In this document: positions 38,947-50,772 of the stretch, piece by piece
How the letters are laid out: each line of letters opens with the position of its first letter
How positions within the stretch are numbered: position 1 is the stretch's first letter
Origin: a bacterium
Lineage (GTDB): Bacteria; UBA8248
Assembly (NCBI GenBank): GCA_965199855.1
Contig: OZ241326.1
Span: 1,536,001 to 1,600,000 of the forward strand
DNA length: 64,000 nucleotides
Reading direction: 5' to 3'
The notes under the pieces: generated by a model
The model's input: the letters and a program-made list of their open reading frames with translations, nothing else
What the model was told of the DNA's origin: nothing
Database searches by the model: none
Position numbers and translations under genes: made by a program

Positions 38947-39807
38947 CGCGTTGAACGCGTCGTCGCCTTTCCGCTTTCGCGCGTCCTTCGCCTCTTGCTG
39001 GCGTTTTCGTTCCTCGGCCTGGCCGGCTGCCTCGGCCACCAGGCGGGCGAGGCGCCGCCGCCCGAGGTTTCGCGCGCGGAAATGTTCCGGGAGCTGCGGC
39101 AGAGGCGGTACCCCCGCGCGTATCGCGGCGTCGCGTCCATGCGGCTGCGCTTCTCGGGCGCGCCGGCGGGTTCGGGCTTCGCGAATCCGCTGATTCCCGA
39201 GGGTTCTTTTTCGGGCAGGGCGGTTCTGCTCCTTCGGAGTCCGGACTCGCTGCGGCTCGAACCCCTCTCGCCGTTCGGCGCGCCGCTCATGATCGTCGTC
39301 GCGCGAGGGGGCTCGTTTCGCGCCTATTCTCCCTCGCGCAACGCGATATACGCGGGCGGGACGGACACGCGCGGGATCGGGCGGATTCTGGGAATTCCGC
39401 TGGACAGCCGGATTTTCGTGAAGCTGCTGCTCGGGGACTGGCTGGCCGCGCTGGGCGATGAGAAAAATTTTGATTTCAGAAGACTGGAGTCCGCCTATTC
39501 GCTGGAAGCCGGGGAGGGGGCGGAAAAATCCGTTTTGCGGTCCGTCACGCTGGGGCTTCGGGACTGGCATCCCCGGAAGATGAAGATTCGCGCGAGGCGG
39601 GGAGCGATTCTGGTTCGCTACGGAGCGTTTCTGAAGGCCGGGGACGTTTGGCGCCCCTCCAGCGTGGAAATTGTCGGGCCGGGCGGGGAGAATCGTCTCC
39701 ACGTCTCGTATTCCTCCGGGCAGGGAGCGGTGGACGCGGCGTTTTCCGATGAACTGTTTCGCCTTGCGCCGCCCCGGGGCGCCGAAACGATCTGGCTGGA
39801 AGGATAG
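38941..39807 (+). CDS. LolB-like/DUF4292 outer-membrane lipoprotein
   Basis: Lipobox LAGC, P.SLRLE.LSPFG motif, position between the TPR gene and ispE as for lolB. Confidence 0.6.
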   Translation: MARVERVVAFPLSRVLRLLLAFSFLGLAGCLGHQAGEAPPPEVSRAEMFRELRQRRYPRAYRGVASMRLRFSGAPAGSGFANPLIPEGSFSGRAVLLLRSPDSLRLEPLSPFGAPLMIVVARGGSFRAYSPSRNAIYAGGTDTRGIGRILGIPLDSRIFVKLLLGDWLAALGDEKNFDFRRLESAYSLEAGEGAEKSVLRSVTLGLRDWHPRKMKIRARRGAILVRYGAFLKAGDVWRPSSVEIVGPGGENRLHVSYSSGQGAVDAAFSDELFRLAPPRGAETIWLEG

Positions 39808-39815
39808 CGCGCTTC

Positions 39816-40715
39816 ATGGACGCCGGTCCCGCGCCCGGAAGCGTGATTTTCAAAACGCCCGCGAAGCTCAATTTGCGCCTGAAAATCCTGGGACTGCGCG
39901 GCGACGGCTACCACGAAATCATCACCTGGATGCAGCAGATATCGCTTTACGACGAGATGCGCGTCGAGCCGCGCGGGAGGGGGATTCGCGTGTATTCGGA
40001 TTGCGGCGACGCTCCGGACGGCAGGGACAACCTCGCGCATCGGGCGGCGCGCGCCTTGCGGGAAGCGTCCGGGCGAGCGGAGCTCGGCGCCCGCATCTAT
40101 CTGAAAAAAAATATCCCCGTGGGCGCGGGCCTGGGCGGGGGAAGCGGAAACGCGGCGGGCGCGCTTTGGGCGTTGAACCGCGCGTGGGGCCTGAATATGC
40201 GGAAGGCGGAGTTGAGCGGGATCGCCGCGCGCGTAGGCTCGGACGCGCCGTTTTTTCTGCATGGCCCCGCGGCGGTGTGCCGGGGACGGGGCGAGCGGAT
40301 CGAGAGGAAAGAAGCCTTGAAAAGCGGCTGGTTCCTTCTGGTCAAGCCGCCCGTGAAGCTGTCCACCCGCGAGGTCTATGCCTGGTCTCGCGAGAAGCTG
40401 CGTCGGGAAAAGAGAAATTTAGACGAAAAAAGCGCCTTGGCGCGTCTCGGCCGCTATGAATACGGCAACGATTTGCAGGAAGTCGTTTTTCCCAGGTTTC
40501 CGCTCCTGGAGCGGCTGTGCGGAGAACTCCTCCGCCTCGGCGCCCGCAGGGCGATGATGAGCGGGAGCGGCTCGACGGTTTTCGGCGTTTTCCGCCGAAA
40601 AGGAGAGGCGGAGCGGGCGGCCGCCGCCATCGGTAGGGACGAGGGGCGCGAGTGTTTTGTCGTCAGACCCTTGCGGGAGGGCGTTTTTGAGCGAAGACGG
40701 CGGGCAATCCGATGA
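39816..40715 (+). CDS. ispE: 4-diphosphocytidyl-2-C-methyl-D-erythritol kinase
   Basis: PAKLNL.L, RGDGYHEI, KNIPVGAGLGGGSGNAA, GSDAPFF, GRGE, MSGSGSTVFG. Confidence 0.96.
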   Translation: MDAGPAPGSVIFKTPAKLNLRLKILGLRGDGYHEIITWMQQISLYDEMRVEPRGRGIRVYSDCGDAPDGRDNLAHRAARALREASGRAELGARIYLKKNIPVGAGLGGGSGNAAGALWALNRAWGLNMRKAELSGIAARVGSDAPFFLHGPAAVCRGRGERIERKEALKSGWFLLVKPPVKLSTREVYAWSREKLRREKRNLDEKSALARLGRYEYGNDLQEVVFPRFPLLERLCGELLRLGARRAMMSGSGSTVFGVFRRKGEAERAAAAIGRDEGRECFVVRPLREGVFERRRRAIR

Positions 40716-40849
40716 AAACCCGTAAAATTCGCCAAAATGCGGATGAAACAAAGGGAATTTTTCGCCCCGCCGCTTGCTTGCGCCTGGAAAATCGAGTATC
40801 AAAGCCGCTCCTTGGGACTGAACTTGCGATTCCATGCGGATAGGGAACG

Positions 40850-41794
40850 GTGGCGGAGAATCGGCTGAAAGTATTTGGCGGGCGCTCGAACCCGGGGCTG
40901 AACCAGAGCATTTTCGAGTCCCTGGGCATTCGGCCGGGGTTGATCGAGATCATCGACTTCAGCGACGGCGAGACGTTCGTCCGCATTCAGGAGAACATCC
41001 GGGGGGCGGACGTGTTCGCCGTCCAGAGCCTGTGCACCCCCGGCAACGCGAACCTGATGGAAATGCTCATCATGATCGATGCGTTTCGCCGCTCGTCGGC
41101 CGATCGCATCACCGCGGTGATCCCCTATTTCGCGTATGCCCGCCAGGATCGGAAGGTGCAGCCGCGCGTGCCGATTACCGCGAAGCTCGTCGCCAACCTG
41201 CTGGCCGCCTCGGGCGCGAATCGCGTGATAGCCATGGATCTGCACGCGGGCCAGATACAGGGCTTTTTCGACATTCCGGTGGACCATCTGTATTCGGAAC
41301 CCATTATGATAGAATACTTCAGGAAAAAGGATTTGAAGGATCTGGTCGTCGTTTCGCCCGACGCGGGAGGCGTCGAGAGAGCCCGCTCCTACTCGAAGAG
41401 GCTGAACGCGGGGCTGGGAATCATTGACAAGCGGCGCGAGCGGGCGAACAAATCCGAAGTGATGAACATCATCGGCGACGTGAAGGGGTGCGACGTTCTG
41501 ATCGTGGACGATCTCTGCGACACGGCGGGAACCATGAGCCAGGGAGCCGACGCGCTCATGGACGCCGGGGCGCGGCAGGTCTACGCCTGTTCCGCCCACG
41601 CGGTTCTTTCCGGCCCGGCGGTGGAGAGAATCGAGAATTCGAGCCTCGTAGAGTGCGTGGTCAGCAATTCGATACCGCTTTCGGAGAAGGCGGAGGCCTG
41701 CCCCCGAATCAAGGTGCTGGGGCTGGGAATGCTTCTGGGCGAGGCGATTCGCCGCATCCATGAGAATGCCTCCGTCAGCAGCCTGTTTGAATAG
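40850..41794 (+). CDS. prs: ribose-phosphate pyrophosphokinase
   Basis: FSDGE, PYFAYARQDRK, DLHAGQIQGFF, VSPDAGGVERAR, VDDLCDTAGT. Confidence 0.97.
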   Translation: MAENRLKVFGGRSNPGLNQSIFESLGIRPGLIEIIDFSDGETFVRIQENIRGADVFAVQSLCTPGNANLMEMLIMIDAFRRSSADRITAVIPYFAYARQDRKVQPRVPITAKLVANLLAASGANRVIAMDLHAGQIQGFFDIPVDHLYSEPIMIEYFRKKDLKDLVVVSPDAGGVERARSYSKRLNAGLGIIDKRRERANKSEVMNIIGDVKGCDVLIVDDLCDTAGTMSQGADALMDAGARQVYACSAHAVLSGPAVERIENSSLVECVVSNSIPLSEKAEACPRIKVLGLGMLLGEAIRRIHENASVSSLFE

Positions 41795-41830
41795 CCATTC
41801 CGCCGGCGGGCGGCATACCTGGAGCAGAAA

Positions 41831-42517
41831 ATGGAAAACCTGTTTCTCTCGGTGGACAGAAGAACGCGGACGAGGAAAAGCGGCGCCCGCGCGGTGAGAA
41901 AAGCCGGGAAGGTGCCGGGCGTCGTGTATGGGATACGGGAGTCCACGCCGCTGACCATCGATCCGAAGGAGCTGGAGGCCCTGCTCGGCACGCGCGCCGG
42001 CGCCAACGTCGTTTTCCAGCTGCGCGTTGAGGGCGAGGCCGAATCGGAGCGCCCGGTCATCGTGAAGGAGCTCCAGCGCGACTCGATGAAGGGCGCGATC
42101 GTTCACGCGGATTTTCTCGAAATCCGGATGGACGAGAAGATTCAAGTCGCCGTCCCCCTCGTCCTGGCGGGCGAGTCGCCCGGCGTGAAGCTCGGCGGCA
42201 CCCTCTCCCAGCTGATGCGGGAGCTGGAGGTCGAATGCCTTCCGAACGCCATACCGGAGCGGATCGAGGTCGATGTCGCGGAGGTGGACATCGGCGACGT
42301 GCTCCATGTGCGCGATCTGCGGCTTCCCGAGGGCGTTGATTTGATGGCCGATTCCGATGAGCCGGTTCTGACGGTGCTCGCTCCCGTTGAAGAAGAGGAA
42401 GCGCCCGAGGATGAGCTCCTCGAAGGGGAGGCTGCCGGAGCGGACGCGCCGGCCGCCGACGCTTCGGCCGGCGAGGGCGATCAGTCCGCCGGGACTTCCG
42501 CCGAAGAATCCTCGTGA
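41831..42517 (+). CDS. rplY: 50S ribosomal protein L25/general stress protein Ctc
   Basis: ARAVRKAGKVPGVVYG, LQRD....HADF, GVKLGG, acidic tail. Confidence 0.95.
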   Translation: MENLFLSVDRRTRTRKSGARAVRKAGKVPGVVYGIRESTPLTIDPKELEALLGTRAGANVVFQLRVEGEAESERPVIVKELQRDSMKGAIVHADFLEIRMDEKIQVAVPLVLAGESPGVKLGGTLSQLMRELEVECLPNAIPERIEVDVAEVDIGDVLHVRDLRLPEGVDLMADSDEPVLTVLAPVEEEEAPEDELLEGEAAGADAPAADASAGEGDQSAGTSAEESS

Positions 42518-42548
42518 GGCGTTCGGAGAGCGTGAAGCCGGGGACGGG

Positions 42549-43088
42549 ATGGCCGCCGCCGCTTTGATCGTCGGTCTTGGCAATCCCGGCGCGGAATACG
42601 CGCTGACGAGGCACAATCTGGGATTCCGGGCGGTGGACAAAATCGCGCGCGCCCATCGCGTGTCGATGAGCGGCTCGAAGCGTAACGCCGTTGCGGGCGG
42701 CGGGTCGCTTCGGGGATGCGCGTTCATCCTGGCGAAGCCCCGGACGTTCATGAATCTGAGCGGCGGGGCGGTGAAGGCGCTCCTGACGCGCGAGGGGCTG
42801 GAGCCAAGGCGCCTGCTCGTGATTCACGACGACATGGATATCGAGCTCGGCCGCGTGAAGTTCAAAAAATCGGGTGGAGACGCGGGCCACAACGGAGTCG
42901 GCAGCGTCATTCGCGCTTTGGGAACGGAGGAGTTCGCCCGCCTGCGCATCGGCCTGGGCAGGCCGCCGCGGGGAGTGAACGGGGCGGACTGGGTGCTGGA
43001 TTCCTTTCTGGAGCATGAGCTGGAGGCGGTGGAGCGCGGCGTTGACGAGGCGGTGCGGCGGGCGTCCGACTTCGTGGTCGGCGGGTAG
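42549..43088 (+). CDS. pth: peptidyl-tRNA hydrolase
   Basis: [43 protein letters not shown]. Confidence 0.95.
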   Translation: MAAAALIVGLGNPGAEYALTRHNLGFRAVDKIARAHRVSMSGSKRNAVAGGGSLRGCAFILAKPRTFMNLSGGAVKALLTREGLEPRRLLVIHDDMDIELGRVKFKKSGGDAGHNGVGSVIRALGTEEFARLRIGLGRPPRGVNGADWVLDSFLEHELEAVERGVDEAVRRASDFVVGG

Positions 43089-43183
43089 GCGCTGCATCCG
43101 CCCGGCGGTCTCGCGCGCCGGGAAAATCGCCGAGCGGACGCTTCTCTCACGGGCAGGCCCATCAGGAGGAGGAAGGGGAGATA

Positions 43184-45181
<1,998 letters not shown>

Positions 45182-45240
45182 AGCGGGCGGGGTTCGACCA
45201 AGGATGAACGCGGCTCTTCGCGCTTCACGCGGAGAGGCGG

Positions 45241-45269
45241 TGGCTTGACGAAGGCTCGCGTGCTAGACT
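45241..45269 (+). promoter_or_regulatory. extended -10 promoter for the rpsF operon
   Basis: TGGCTT-17 bp-TAGACT with TG at -15. Confidence 0.5.
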
Positions 45270-45286
45270 GCCGCGATGACGACGCG

Positions 45287-45334
45287 CTCCTCGCTCCGGC
45301 CGGATGAGGCCGGGGCCGCTCAGTCCGGGAGGAG
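45287..45334 (+). promoter_or_regulatory. S6:S18-binding RNA leader (autogenous control)
   Basis: CTCCTC (45287-45292) pairs with SD GAGGAG (45329-45334); inner 9-bp hairpin 45293-45316; CCG at the junction. Confidence 0.65.
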
Positions 45335-45340
45335 GATTGG

Positions 45341-45745
45341 ATGAGACGATACGAAACGATGGTTCTGCTGTCCCCCGAACTCGCCGATGAGGCCGTGGAG
45401 GAGAAAATCTCCGGCTTCGAGAAGCGAATCGCCGAGGGGGGCGGGGAAGTCCTGAACGTGGATCGATGGGGCAAGAAGCGCCTCGCCTATCCGATCGACC
45501 GCCAGCGGCACGGCATCTACTTCATCGTCACCTATCATTCGGAGCCGGGGGTCGTGGCGGGCGTAGAGCGCGCCATGCGCATCGATGAGGAGACGTGGCG
45601 ATACATGACGGTGCGGATGGACGAGGCGCTCATGCGGAAGCTCGAGAAAAACGCGAAGAGCGCGGCCGCCAGGGAGAAGGAGGGCGGCTCGGAGGGTCGG
45701 GACGGCGATTCGCCCAGGCGATCCCGCGCGTCGAGAGACTCATAA
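45341..45745 (+). CDS. rpsF: 30S ribosomal protein S6
   Basis: MRRYETM, WGKKRLAYPI, G.Y. Confidence 0.96.
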   Translation: MRRYETMVLLSPELADEAVEEKISGFEKRIAEGGGEVLNVDRWGKKRLAYPIDRQRHGIYFIVTYHSEPGVVAGVERAMRIDEETWRYMTVRMDEALMRKLEKNAKSAAAREKEGGSEGRDGDSPRRSRASRDS

Positions 45746-45763
45746 AACGGCGGGGGTGTCATC

Positions 45764-46195
45764 ATGGCGCAGATGAATTCCGTTTATCTCAGGGGGAACA
45801 TGACGCGCGATCCGGAGAAGCGGTTCCTGCCTTCCGGAAACTCCGTCGTTTCCTTCGGGTTCGCGGTCAACCGGCGATACCGCAGCGGAGACGATTGGAA
45901 GGAGGATACCTGCTTCGTGGACGTGGTCGTCTATGGGCGGCAGGGCGACTGGGTGATGGAGCAGGCCGGCAAGGGAAGCCCCCTCGTCGTGGAGGGGCGC
46001 CTGAGCTTCCGCTCCTGGGAGGCGCAGGACGGCTCCCGGCGCAGCAAGCATGAGGTCGTGGCGAACAACGTGCATTTCATCTCCCGTCGGGACGAGGCGC
46101 CGGCGGGCGCCGGCCAGGGGCGGGGCAACGCGGAGCCGTCGCACGCGCCGCCCCCGCAGGAGTCGCCCATGACGGACGACGACATACCCTTCTGA
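45764..46195 (+). CDS. ssb: single-stranded DNA-binding protein
   Basis: NSVYL.GN.TRDPE, KGS..VVEGRL..RSWE, C-terminal DDIPF. Confidence 0.97.
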   Translation: MAQMNSVYLRGNMTRDPEKRFLPSGNSVVSFGFAVNRRYRSGDDWKEDTCFVDVVVYGRQGDWVMEQAGKGSPLVVEGRLSFRSWEAQDGSRRSKHEVVANNVHFISRRDEAPAGAGQGRGNAEPSHAPPPQESPMTDDDIPF

Positions 46196-46233
46196 GGCTT
46201 GAGGCATCCGCTTGTCAGCATGAGGAGAGAGTC

Positions 46234-46506
46234 ATGGCGCTTGTTCCCCGAGGGTTCGGCGACAAGAAAAAAAAGAAGAAGAAAAAGCGCTTTCAGCGCA
46301 AGAAGATATGCCGCTTCACCGCGGACGGCGTGGCCTATATCGACTACAAGGACGTGAAGACTCTCCGGAACATGGTGAGTGAGCGCGGGAAGATCATCCC
46401 GCGCCGCGTGACGGGCACCTCCGCGCGCTTTCAGCGGCAGTTGACCACGGCGATCAAGCGCGCGCGCTACATGGCGCTGATGCCCTACACCGTAGATCAT
46501 TCCTGA
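46234..46506 (+). CDS. rpsR: 30S ribosomal protein S18
   Basis: [38 protein letters not shown]. Confidence 0.97.
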   Translation: MALVPRGFGDKKKKKKKKRFQRKKICRFTADGVAYIDYKDVKTLRNMVSERGKIIPRRVTGTSARFQRQLTTAIKRARYMALMPYTVDHS

Positions 46507-46523
46507 GCCGGAGAGAGGAAGCG

Positions 46524-47117
46524 ATGCGCCTGATACTGCGGAAAGAGGTGGAGAATCTGGGCGACGTGGGGGACGTCGTCGAGGTCGCCGACGGCTACGG
46601 ACTCAACTATCTCATCCCCCGGGGCATGGCGCTTCACGCCACGGCGAGTACGGTGCGCGCCGCGCAGCACGAGCGGCGGTTGCGCGAGGCGCAGGTCCAG
46701 GCGGCGAAGCGGGGCGCGGAGGATTTCGCGGGCGAGTTCTCGGGAGTCGAGCTCGAATTCACGATGCGCGTGGGCGAGGACGGGAGGCTGTTCGGCTCGG
46801 TGACCAACCGGATGATCGAGGACGCCCTGCGGGAGCGGGGCCTCGCGGTGAACCGGAGGAAAATTCTTCTGGAGGAGCCGATCAAGAAGGTGGGTGCCTA
46901 CGAAGTCGCCGTCAGACTGCACCAGGACGTGCGCGCGTCCATCCGGGTGAGAGTCGCCCCCGATGAGACGTTCGTAGAGCGGAAGGCCCAAGAGGCCGAT
47001 GCGCCGCCGGATGCGGCCCGGGCGGAGGAGGCGGAAGCCCGGGCGGCCGATTCCTCCGGGGAGAGCGAGCCGGATGCGGCGCGCGGCGCCGAAGCCGATG
47101 AAGAGGCGCCCGAATAG
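46524..47117 (+). CDS. rplI: 50S ribosomal protein L9
   Basis: MRLIL...V.NLG..GDVVEV.DGY..NYLIP.G.A, GRLFGSVT. Confidence 0.96.
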   Translation: MRLILRKEVENLGDVGDVVEVADGYGLNYLIPRGMALHATASTVRAAQHERRLREAQVQAAKRGAEDFAGEFSGVELEFTMRVGEDGRLFGSVTNRMIEDALRERGLAVNRRKILLEEPIKKVGAYEVAVRLHQDVRASIRVRVAPDETFVERKAQEADAPPDAARAEEAEARAADSSGESEPDAARGAEADEEAPE

Positions 47118-47335
47118 CCCTTCGCCCGCCTGCTCGTTTTTCGGCGCGCGGCGGCAATGCGTTTGATATCATGTAGATGGAAGGAATCGCCCCGGGCGGG
47201 GGCGTCCTTTTTGACCCCGGCGCTGAAAAGGGCGCTTTTCGCCGTTTTGAATCTTGTCCCGCTCTGATGTAGTCTGGATGCAGTCCAAAGGCCACGCCCG
47301 CTTGTTCCACTCGATGGTGATTCGGAGTTTTTGAG

Positions 47336-48760
47336 GTGGAAGCGCCCGCTCGAGAAGAGCGGTCCGGGCAGCCGGGCCACGTCCCCCCGCAAAACATAGA
47401 GGCGGAGCAGCGCGTGCTGGGCGCCCTGCTGCTCGACGGCCAGATGGTTCCGCCCGTCATGGAGGCGCTGAGGCCGGAGCACTTCTACCGCATGAGCCAT
47501 CGCGTGATTTACGAGGGAATGCTCCGGCTTTTCGAGCGGGCCGAACCCATCGACCTCCTCACCCTGGCCGACGTTCTGAAGAAGGCGGGAACGCTCGACA
47601 CCGCGGGCGGCCCCGAATACGTCGCGCGCCTGGCGGACGACGTCTCCAGCGCGAGGCGCGCGGAGACCCACGCGAAGCTCGTCCGCAGCGCGGCGCTGCT
47701 CAGGGAGCTGATACGCACCTCGAACGCCATCGCGCAGAGGGCGTTCGCGGGCGAGGAGGACGTCGACGCGCTCGTGGACGACGCCGAGCGCGCCATGCTG
47801 GAGGTCTCCTCGGGGCGCTACCAGCAGAGCGTCGAGGAGATGCGGGAAGTCATCAAGGAGACGTTCCCTTATCTCGAGGATCTTTACGACCGCAAGGAGC
47901 TGGTCACCGGCGTTCCCACCGGCTTCTCCGACCTGGACAAGCTGACGAGCGGCCTGCAGCCCGGGGAACTGATCATCATCGCCGGGCGCCCCAGCATGGG
48001 CAAGACGGCCTTCGCGCTGTGCGTCGCCGAATACGCCGCCCTGGCCTCGAAGGCCGCCACGGCGGTATTCAGCCTGGAGATGAGCGCGCGCGCCCTCGCC
48101 ATTCGCATGATGTGCGGCCGCGCCATGGTGAACTCCCGGCAGCTTCAGAGCGGCTACATGCCGTCCCAGAAATGGCCGGATCTGATCCGGAGCGCGGGCG
48201 AACTCTCCGAGGCTTCCATCTACGTGGACGACGCGACGGATTTGTCCGTGTTCGACATCCGGGCGAAGTGCCGCCGCGTCCAGGCGGAGCGGGGTCTGGG
48301 CCTCGTCGTGGTCGATTATCTCCAGCTCGTCCACCACAGGGGCCGCTCCGTGGAGAACCGCCAGCGCGAGATCAGCGAAATATCCCGGGGGCTGAAGGGT
48401 CTGGCGAAGGAGCTCAACGTTCCGGTGGTGGCGCTCAGCCAGCTCTCGAGGGCCGTGGAATCGAGAGAGGGCAAGCGTCCCAATCTCGCCGACCTGCGGG
48501 AGTCCGGCTCGATCGAGCAGGACGCGGACGTCGTGGCCCTGCTCTACCGCGAGGAATACTACGAGCCCTCGCCCGAGAACAGGGGGCTCGCGACCGTCAT
48601 TCTCGCCAAGCAGCGCAACGGGCCGACCGGGGAGGTGAACCTCAAGTTCTTCCCGGATTACGCGCGGTTCGTGAACCTGGACGCCTACCACGAAGGGGCG
48701 GCCGCGGCCCCGGAATACGCGGAGCCCGGATTCCCCGAGGCCGAAGAAACGCCGTTTTAG
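47336..48760 (+). CDS. dnaB: replicative DNA helicase
   Basis: PPQNIEAEQ.VLG, AGRPSMGKT, FSLEM, VDYLQL, LSQLSR, DLRESGSIEQDAD, KQRNGP. Confidence 0.97.
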   Translation: MEAPAREERSGQPGHVPPQNIEAEQRVLGALLLDGQMVPPVMEALRPEHFYRMSHRVIYEGMLRLFERAEPIDLLTLADVLKKAGTLDTAGGPEYVARLADDVSSARRAETHAKLVRSAALLRELIRTSNAIAQRAFAGEEDVDALVDDAERAMLEVSSGRYQQSVEEMREVIKETFPYLEDLYDRKELVTGVPTGFSDLDKLTSGLQPGELIIIAGRPSMGKTAFALCVAEYAALASKAATAVFSLEMSARALAIRMMCGRAMVNSRQLQSGYMPSQKWPDLIRSAGELSEASIYVDDATDLSVFDIRAKCRRVQAERGLGLVVVDYLQLVHHRGRSVENRQREISEISRGLKGLAKELNVPVVALSQLSRAVESREGKRPNLADLRESGSIEQDADVVALLYREEYYEPSPENRGLATVILAKQRNGPTGEVNLKFFPDYARFVNLDAYHEGAAAAPEYAEPGFPEAEETPF

Positions 48761-48802
48761 CGGCGGGGGCGCGGGAGCGTCTCCTGAACGGGGGGGTGCC
48801 GC

Positions 48803-49987
48803 TTGAGCGAACATTCCTTGCCGGGCGGGTATCGCAACGCCGTTTTCATCGATCTGGACGTTCTGGTTCAAAACTACGGGAATCTGGCCGCTCTGCCCGG
48901 CTCCCGGGAGCCGCTCGCCGTCGTCAAGGCGGAAGCCTACGGGCACGGGGGGGCGGAGGTCGCCCGCGCCCTTTACGAGGCGGGCGCCAGATGGTTCGGC
49001 GTGGCGGCCGTCGAGGAGGCGGAGGCGCTGCGCGCCGCCCAGGGCATCGGGCCGGAAAGCGGGGCTTCCGACGCGCGGATACTCGTGATGAGCGGCGCGC
49101 TGGCGGAGGGCGCGAAAAGGCTGGTCGAGGCGGACTGCGACGCCGCCGTCTGGCGCGTGGAGCAGGCGGAAGGGCTGGCGAGCGCGGCGAGGGCGATGGG
49201 CGAGCGGGCGAGAATCCACGTCAAGGTGGATTCGGGGATGGGGCGCCTGGGATTGCGGCCGTCGGAGGCGCTCGATTTCATTCAAAGGGCGTCCCGCATG
49301 GAGGATATCGAGATCGCCGGACTGATGAGCCACTTCGCCCGGGCGGACGAGGAAGAGGGAGAAGCCGCGACTCTCGGGCAGATTCGGGAGATGGAGGCGC
49401 TGATTCGGGCGCTGGAGGAGAAGAGCCTGCTGCCTCCCCACGTTCACATGGCGAACAGCGCGGGGGCGCTGAACTACCCCCGGACGCCCGGCAATCTCGC
49501 GCGTCTGGGCATCGCCCTTTACGGGGCCTCCCCCGAATTTTCCCGAAAGACGCCTCTCAGGCCCGCCATGACGTGGGCGGCGAGGATATTGCAGGTGAAG
49601 GAAATCGACGCGGGCCAGCCGATAGGATACGGCGGAACCTACCGGAGGAGCGCTCCCGGGCGAATCGCCCTGGCGGCGGCGGGCTACGGGGATGGGTATC
49701 CCCGCATCCTCTCCGGCCGCATGGACGCGCTCGTCCGGGGCGCGCGGGTTCCCCTGGCCGGGCGCGTGTCGATGGACATGCTCGCCCTCGACGTATCCGG
49801 GGTCCAAGGCGTCGCGCCGGGAGATCAGGCCGTTCTGCTGGGCGAGGCCGGCGATGAGGCCGTCCGTCCCGAGGAGCTGGCGGATCGGGCCGAGACGATA
49901 CCCTATGAGATCATGTGCGGGGTGGGAGGCCGCGCGCCGAGAATCTACCTGCGGGGAAGCCGGGTCAGCCATATTCGCAAGCTGTAG
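48803..49987 (+). CDS. alr: alanine racemase
   Basis: AVVKAEAYGHG, HVKVDSGMGRLG, MSHFA.AD, ANSAG, GYGDGY, GRVSMD, TIPYE. Confidence 0.95.
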   Translation: MSEHSLPGGYRNAVFIDLDVLVQNYGNLAALPGSREPLAVVKAEAYGHGGAEVARALYEAGARWFGVAAVEEAEALRAAQGIGPESGASDARILVMSGALAEGAKRLVEADCDAAVWRVEQAEGLASAARAMGERARIHVKVDSGMGRLGLRPSEALDFIQRASRMEDIEIAGLMSHFARADEEEGEAATLGQIREMEALIRALEEKSLLPPHVHMANSAGALNYPRTPGNLARLGIALYGASPEFSRKTPLRPAMTWAARILQVKEIDAGQPIGYGGTYRRSAPGRIALAAAGYGDGYPRILSGRMDALVRGARVPLAGRVSMDMLALDVSGVQGVAPGDQAVLLGEAGDEAVRPEELADRAETIPYEIMCGVGGRAPRIYLRGSRVSHIRKL

Positions 49988-50013
49988 CGCGTTCGCCTTA
50001 CCGGAGACGGGGC

Positions 50014-50772
50014 ATGGAGACGGCCAAGATCGAATACAGGGCGGTCAGAAAGAGTTTCGGCGAAAACCGGGTGCTGCGCGGCGTGGACTTTCAGATTCCG
50101 GAAGGGCGCATCACCGCCATCATCGGCCGAAGCGGCGAGGGCAAGAGCGTGCTGCTGAAGCATTCGCTGGGTCTGCTCTATCCCGACAGCGGCGAGGTGC
50201 TGATAGACGGGGCGGACATCTCGAAGCTGCGCGGAAGGGCGCTGAACCGGGCGCGCTCGAGGTTCGGGATGCTCTTTCAGGGCGCGGCGCTGTTCGATTC
50301 GATGACGGTGGAGGAGAACGTGGCGTTTCCCCTCGTGGAGCATTCCGGCCTGACGCGCTCTGAAATATCGCGGCGCGTGAAGGAGAAGCTGCGCCTCGTG
50401 GGGCTGGAGGGCGTGGAGGCGCGAATGCCCTCCCAGCTCTCGGGCGGAATGAAGAAGCGCGTGGGCCTGGCGCGGGCGATTGTCCGCGATCCTGAGGTCG
50501 TCCTGTATGACGAGCCGACGACGGGGCTCGACCCGATACTTGCCGACTCCATCCACCGCCTGATCGTCCGGACGCAGGAGGTTCTGCGGGTGACGTCCGT
50601 GATGATAAGCCACGACGTGGAAAAGGCGCTCGGGTTCGCGCACTACGTCGGAATGCTGCACCAGGGGAGGATGGCGTTCGCCGGAACGCCGGAGGAGCTC
50701 CGCGCGTCGGCGGATCCGCTCGCGCGGCAGTTCCTCGCCGGCAGCTCCGAGGGACCGATAGAAGTCCTGTGA
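50014..50772 (+). CDS. mlaF: MlaF/Mkl-type ABC ATP-binding protein
   Basis: GRSGEGKS, GMLFQGAALFDSMTV.ENVAFPL.EH, LSGGMKKRVGLARA, YDEPTTGLDP. Confidence 0.85.
   Translation: METAKIEYRAVRKSFGENRVLRGVDFQIPEGRITAIIGRSGEGKSVLLKHSLGLLYPDSGEVLIDGADISKLRGRALNRARSRFGMLFQGAALFDSMTVEENVAFPLVEHSGLTRSEISRRVKEKLRLVGLEGVEARMPSQLSGGMKKRVGLARAIVRDPEVVLYDEPTTGLDPILADSIHRLIVRTQEVLRVTSVMISHDVEKALGFAHYVGMLHQGRMAFAGTPEELRASADPLARQFLAGSSEGPIEVL

Noticed and set aside
40716-40849. tRNA-Gln expected between ispE and prs
   Set aside because: No cloverleaf, T-loop GTTCRA or acceptor stem visible; only a promoter-like TTGCTT-17-TATCAA
46261-46287. A8 run and poly-Lys in rpsR as a frameshift or phase-variation site
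   Set aside because: The frame is intact, the gene is essential, and basic N-termini are common in S18
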